This document shows, in pieces, positions 60,584-64,000 of a stretch of 64,000 bases of DNA. The notes beneath the pieces are model-generated. The model was not told the origin of the DNA and did not search any database. It saw only the letters and a list, made by a program, of their open reading frames with translations. Each line of letters begins with the position of its first letter. Position 1 is the first letter of the stretch. The DNA comes from Nannocystis bainbridge (lineage in GTDB: Bacteria; Myxococcota_A; Polyangia; Nannocystales; Nannocystaceae). Where the stretch lies: positions 1,536,001 through 1,600,000 of the forward strand of contig NZ_JAQNDL010000002.1 in assembly GCF_028368995.1 (NCBI RefSeq), read 5' to 3'. The translations under genes were made by a program, and so were the position numbers.

Positions 60584-62155
60584 TCACCCCCGCCGCGCGC
60601 GCCGGCGCAGCGGCAGCAGCCCCGCCAGCAGCAGCAGCCACGACGCCCGCGGGCCGTTCTCCGTGCGGCAGTTGCAGCCGTCGTCGTCGCCTGCGCTGTC
60701 GCCGGTCAGCCCTGTCGCGCCGGAGCCCCCGGTGACGCTCGTGACCCCGCCGCTCGGATCGACCGGTCCGGTGTCGTCGCCGTCGCTCGAGCCCGCGCTG
60801 GTGGTCGGGTCCGGCTCGCCCGTCGAAGTGTCGCCGCCGCTCGCCGTGTCGCCGCTCGTGCCCGGCTCGCCCGTCGTCGTCCCCTCGGCGGGCACCACCG
60901 TCACCGTCAGCGTCTCGCTGTCGGCGTTGCCGTACGCGTCCATCACCTCGACCTTGAAGCTGTACGTCCCGGCCGGCGGCTTGGTGACCTGGATGAAGTC
61001 CCACGGATCGTCGACCGCGCGCCAGGCCGGGTACTTGTCGTTGCACACGTCGTTGGTGCAGCGCGAGTAGCCGGTGTCGACGAAGTCGGGCGGCACGCCC
61101 TCGATCCAGCTCCACTTGACCCCGACCATGTTCTTGTCGTCGGTGATGTCGGCCGACACCAGGAACGACTCGCCGACGGTGAACACGGTCCCGTCGGCCG
61201 GCGACACGCTAAGGATCTCCGGCGCCACCGTGTCGGCCTCGCGCGCCCCGAACACCCCCAGCAGCTCGGTGTGCGAGTTCTGCTGCTCGCCCTGTCCTTC
61301 GGGACAGTAGAGCTCGTGCACGTACGTGCACTGCGTGACGCCGCTCCCGGTCGCGTGCGAGATGTCCATGCAGTCATCGCGGAACGAGCTGCCGCCGGCG
61401 ACGAACGGGTACATCAGGTCCTGCTGCACGTCGGTGTGCTCGAGGCCCCAGTTGTGCGCCGTCTCCTGCGCCGCGACCTCGGCGGTCACGCCGACGCAGC
61501 TGTCGGGGAACGACAGCGACACGTGGTTGCGCTTGGCCCCGTCGCAGGCGACGTTGGCGATCCCGCACACGCCGTTGCTCTGGCCGGCGTTCTGCGACGT
61601 CCCGCCGATCACCGCCATCGTGTACGGCAGGTAGTCGGGCGGGCGGTTGGTCGTGATCACCAGGTTGAACGGCTCGTAGTAATTCTGCAGCTTCTGCAGC
61701 ACCACCGCCTTGGTGTTCTCGCCGCCGGGCGGCTTGGGGAACTGCGTCTCCTTGCTGACGAGCGGCGAACAATTGAGCGCCGCGTTGGCCACCTGGGGAT
61801 GGAACCCGTTGCACTTGGGCCGCAGCGTGATCCCGTCCATCGCCAGGTAGAGGATCCCCGCCGTCGGGTCATGATCGAGCGCCGGCAGCGGCAACCCCTG
61901 CTGATCGAGCAGGCTGCGGGCCAGGCTCTCGCCGTCGTAGACCAGGTTGCCGTCGCGCAGCGGAGCCACCAGCGTCGGGTCGTAGTCGGCGCCGAACAGC
62001 GATTCGAGGTGGCTGCGCGGGCCGTCGTCGGGCGCCACGGCCCACGGGGTGTTGGCCGAGAGCGGCGCTCCGGGCACGACACGAGGCGCTGCGGCCGCGT
62101 CCTCCAACGACAGCGACGCGACCGCGAACGACAGACCAGCGACGAAAGTCAACAT
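60584..62155 (-). CDS. Metzincin-like secreted protein with Ig-like domain and MYXO-CTERM
   Basis: QETAHNWGLEH..DLMYP; GCNC..LLLLAGLLPLRRRARR. Confidence 0.8.
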   Translation of the reverse strand: MLTFVAGLSFAVASLSLEDAAAAPRVVPGAPLSANTPWAVAPDDGPRSHLESLFGADYDPTLVAPLRDGNLVYDGESLARSLLDQQGLPLPALDHDPTAGILYLAMDGITLRPKCNGFHPQVANAALNCSPLVSKETQFPKPPGGENTKAVVLQKLQNYYEPFNLVITTNRPPDYLPYTMAVIGGTSQNAGQSNGVCGIANVACDGAKRNHVSLSFPDSCVGVTAEVAAQETAHNWGLEHTDVQQDLMYPFVAGGSSFRDDCMDISHATGSGVTQCTYVHELYCPEGQGEQQNSHTELLGVFGAREADTVAPEILSVSPADGTVFTVGESFLVSADITDDKNMVGVKWSWIEGVPPDFVDTGYSRCTNDVCNDKYPAWRAVDDPWDFIQVTKPPAGTYSFKVEVMDAYGNADSETLTVTVVPAEGTTTGEPGTSGDTASGGDTSTGEPDPTTSAGSSDGDDTGPVDPSGGVTSVTGGSGATGLTGDSAGDDDGCNCRTENGPRASWLLLLAGLLPLRRRARRG

Positions 62156-62321
62156 GGTCTCACGCTACCTGCGGCAGACGCGGGCGTAAAGACCGGTCGG
62201 GGCGTGTCGGCCCCGCGCGGCCTGCATCGCCCGCGGCGGCTTCTCACCGCGATCGCGGGCGGGTACCCTGTCGCCCGGGACCGGCCCGCGCCGGCACCCG
62301 CAGCGCCTCGGGCCCACCGCA

Positions 62322-64000
62322 GTGACAGCCGCCGATCCCCACGTCTCGCCCGCCGTCCTGGTCGTCACCCGCGACCCGGCCCTCTTCGACGACCTCCAGA
62401 GCCTGCTGCGCGCCCGCGGTCGCCCCGTCGTGCACGTCACCGATCTCACGACCGGCTACGACCGCGCGCGGATCGGCCTGTCGATCCTCGATACGTGCGA
62501 CCTCGTCGGCGTCGAAGAGGCGCTGGCCCAGCTCCCGCGGCCGATCCTCGCCCTCACCGACGACGACGGCCGCGCCGAGGTCCTGGTGGGCGCCGGCGCC
62601 AGCGACTTCGCCGTGCTCCCGTGCAGCCGCGCCGTCCTCTCGGCCCGGATCTCCGCCGCGCTCAAGCTGCGCGAGCGCGTCGTACCTGCCCTTTCGGACA
62701 GCCAAAGCTCGCTCCAGACCCTGCTCGCCAACCTCCCCGGCGTCGTCTATCGCTGCGCCAACGACGAGGAGTGGTCGATGCAGTTCATCAGCGAGGGCTG
62801 CTACGACCTCACCGGCTACTCCCCCGAGGAGTTCACCTCCGGCCGCGTCAATTTCCTCGGCCTCATTCACCACGAAGATCGCGACCGCACGCGCGAGCAG
62901 GTCCAGCAGGCCCTGACCGACCGCCGCCCGTTCCGCGTCACCTACCGCCTGCACACCGCCACCGGCGCCTGCAAGTGGCTGTGGGCTCAGGGCCAGGGCG
63001 TCGCCGGGGCCGGCAGCGAGGCGAACGCGATCGAGGGCGTCATCACCGACCTGTCCGAGCTGCGCCAGACCAAGCGCGAGCTCGAAGAGCGCGAGCTCCT
63101 GCTCGAGACCCTGCTCGCCGTCACCGAGACCGCCTACATTTTGTGTGACGAGCACGGCGCCGTCGACTACGCCAACCTGGCCGCGCAGACCTGGCTCAAG
63201 ATGCCCGACAGCCGCCTGGTCGGGGCTCGCTTCGCCGACCTCTTGACCGGCCTGCCCAACGAGCTGCGCGAGGCCGTCGGCCGCGGCCGCGACTCGATCT
63301 TCACCGTCGACCACCAGGGCGGCGACTTCGAGGCCTACCACCTCGTCATGCGCAACGTGCAGATCAGCGGCCGCCCGCACACCGCCTACGCCTTCAAGCG
63401 CCTGACCCGCGAGCTCGCGCGCCAGGAGGTCGAGGTGTGGAAGAAGGTCATCCGCCTGATCGCCCACGAGATCAACAACACCCTCGCGCCGATCTCGTCG
63501 CTGCTGCACTCCGCCCGCCTGATCAACGCCGCCGAGGCCCGCGACGCCCGCCTCGACCGCATCATCGACACCATCTCCGAGCGCAGCAAGCACCTCGGCG
63601 AGTTCCTCAAGGGCTACACCCAGTTCGCTCGCCTGCCCCGCCCGCGGCTCGAGAGCACCAAGTGGCGCAGCCTCATCGACCGCCTCGACGGGCTGGTCCA
63701 GTTCAAGATCGACGCCGCGCCCGAAGACCTCAACACCGTCAACGCGGTCGACCGCAGCCAGATCGAGCAGGCCCTCATCAACCTGCTGAAGAACGCGGTC
63801 GAGTCCGGCGGCCCGCCCGAAGAGGTCACGCTGCGCCTCCGCGCCCACCGCGAGGGCGACGAGATCCAGGTCCTCGACCGCGGCCCCGGCATCCCGCCCG
63901 AGCAGCTGCCCAAGGTGCTGCTCCCGTTCTACTCGACCAAGCGCACGGGCACCGGCCTCGGCCTGCCCCTGTGCCGCGAGATCATCGACGCCCACGGCGG
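62322..64000 (+). CDS. PAS-domain sensor histidine kinase (truncated by window end)
   Basis: PAS NLPGVVYRC..ISEG..LTGY; H-box AHEINN; N-box INLLKNA; DRGPG; PFYSTK..GTGLGL. Confidence 0.9.
   Translation, partial: MTAADPHVSPAVLVVTRDPALFDDLQSLLRARGRPVVHVTDLTTGYDRARIGLSILDTCDLVGVEEALAQLPRPILALTDDDGRAEVLVGAGASDFAVLPCSRAVLSARISAALKLRERVVPALSDSQSSLQTLLANLPGVVYRCANDEEWSMQFISEGCYDLTGYSPEEFTSGRVNFLGLIHHEDRDRTREQVQQALTDRRPFRVTYRLHTATGACKWLWAQGQGVAGAGSEANAIEGVITDLSELRQTKRELEERELLLETLLAVTETAYILCDEHGAVDYANLAAQTWLKMPDSRLVGARFADLLTGLPNELREAVGRGRDSIFTVDHQGGDFEAYHLVMRNVQISGRPHTAYAFKRLTRELARQEVEVWKKVIRLIAHEINNTLAPISSLLHSARLINAAEARDARLDRIIDTISERSKHLGEFLKGYTQFARLPRPRLESTKWRSLIDRLDGLVQFKIDAAPEDLNTVNAVDRSQIEQALINLLKNAVESGGPPEEVTLRLRAHREGDEIQVLDRGPGIPPEQLPKVLLPFYSTKRTGTGLGLPLCREIIDAHG

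Noticed and set aside
58982-63148. Very long alternative-frame ORFs (1388 aa here; also 43529-46399, 53563-56061, 28559-30592)
   Set aside because: Shadow frames of high-GC genes; they overlap ORFs with clear motifs and are rich in Arg/Ala/Gly/Pro

Overview
GC-rich myxobacterial DNA (Nannocystis-like, judged from MYXO-CTERM, ADYC and Cys-rich repeat proteins and expanded Ser/Thr kinases). The left ~36 kb is an integrated virus-like element lying 3' of a tRNA-Arg(CCT) gene (35978-36054, minus strand). Its left end is not securely seen. From the tRNA, a tightly coupled leftward operon carries a tyrosine integrase, small repeat-domain genes, a PP2C-like phosphatase, a degenerate UDG-like protein, an HTH gene apparently frameshifted by an 8-bp duplication, a sigma-70 factor and a DnaB helicase. 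A rightward operon (~4.5-16.7 kb) looks morphogenetic but shows no terminase, portal, HK97 capsid or tail genes. It encodes many membrane-anchored proteins, a LysM protein, a MepA-like endopeptidase, a candidate beta-sandwich capsid protein, a 1280-aa DdrB-ParB polyvalent protein and a CDP-alcohol phosphatidyltransferase. By inference this may be a tailless, possibly lipid-containing, myxobacterial provirus. Cargo includes a DNA methyltransferase, a J-domain protein with HPE in place of HPD, host-type lipoproteins and a tandem kinase with one in-frame TAG. The right ~28 kb is host chromosome (M23 peptidase, kinase-TPR, acyl-CoA synthetase, thrA plus a radical SAM enzyme, MYXO-CTERM proteins, PAS histidine kinase). 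It is strongly enriched in the palindrome GACATGTC, which is nearly absent from the element. All calls come from motif reading by eye; no database searches were run.
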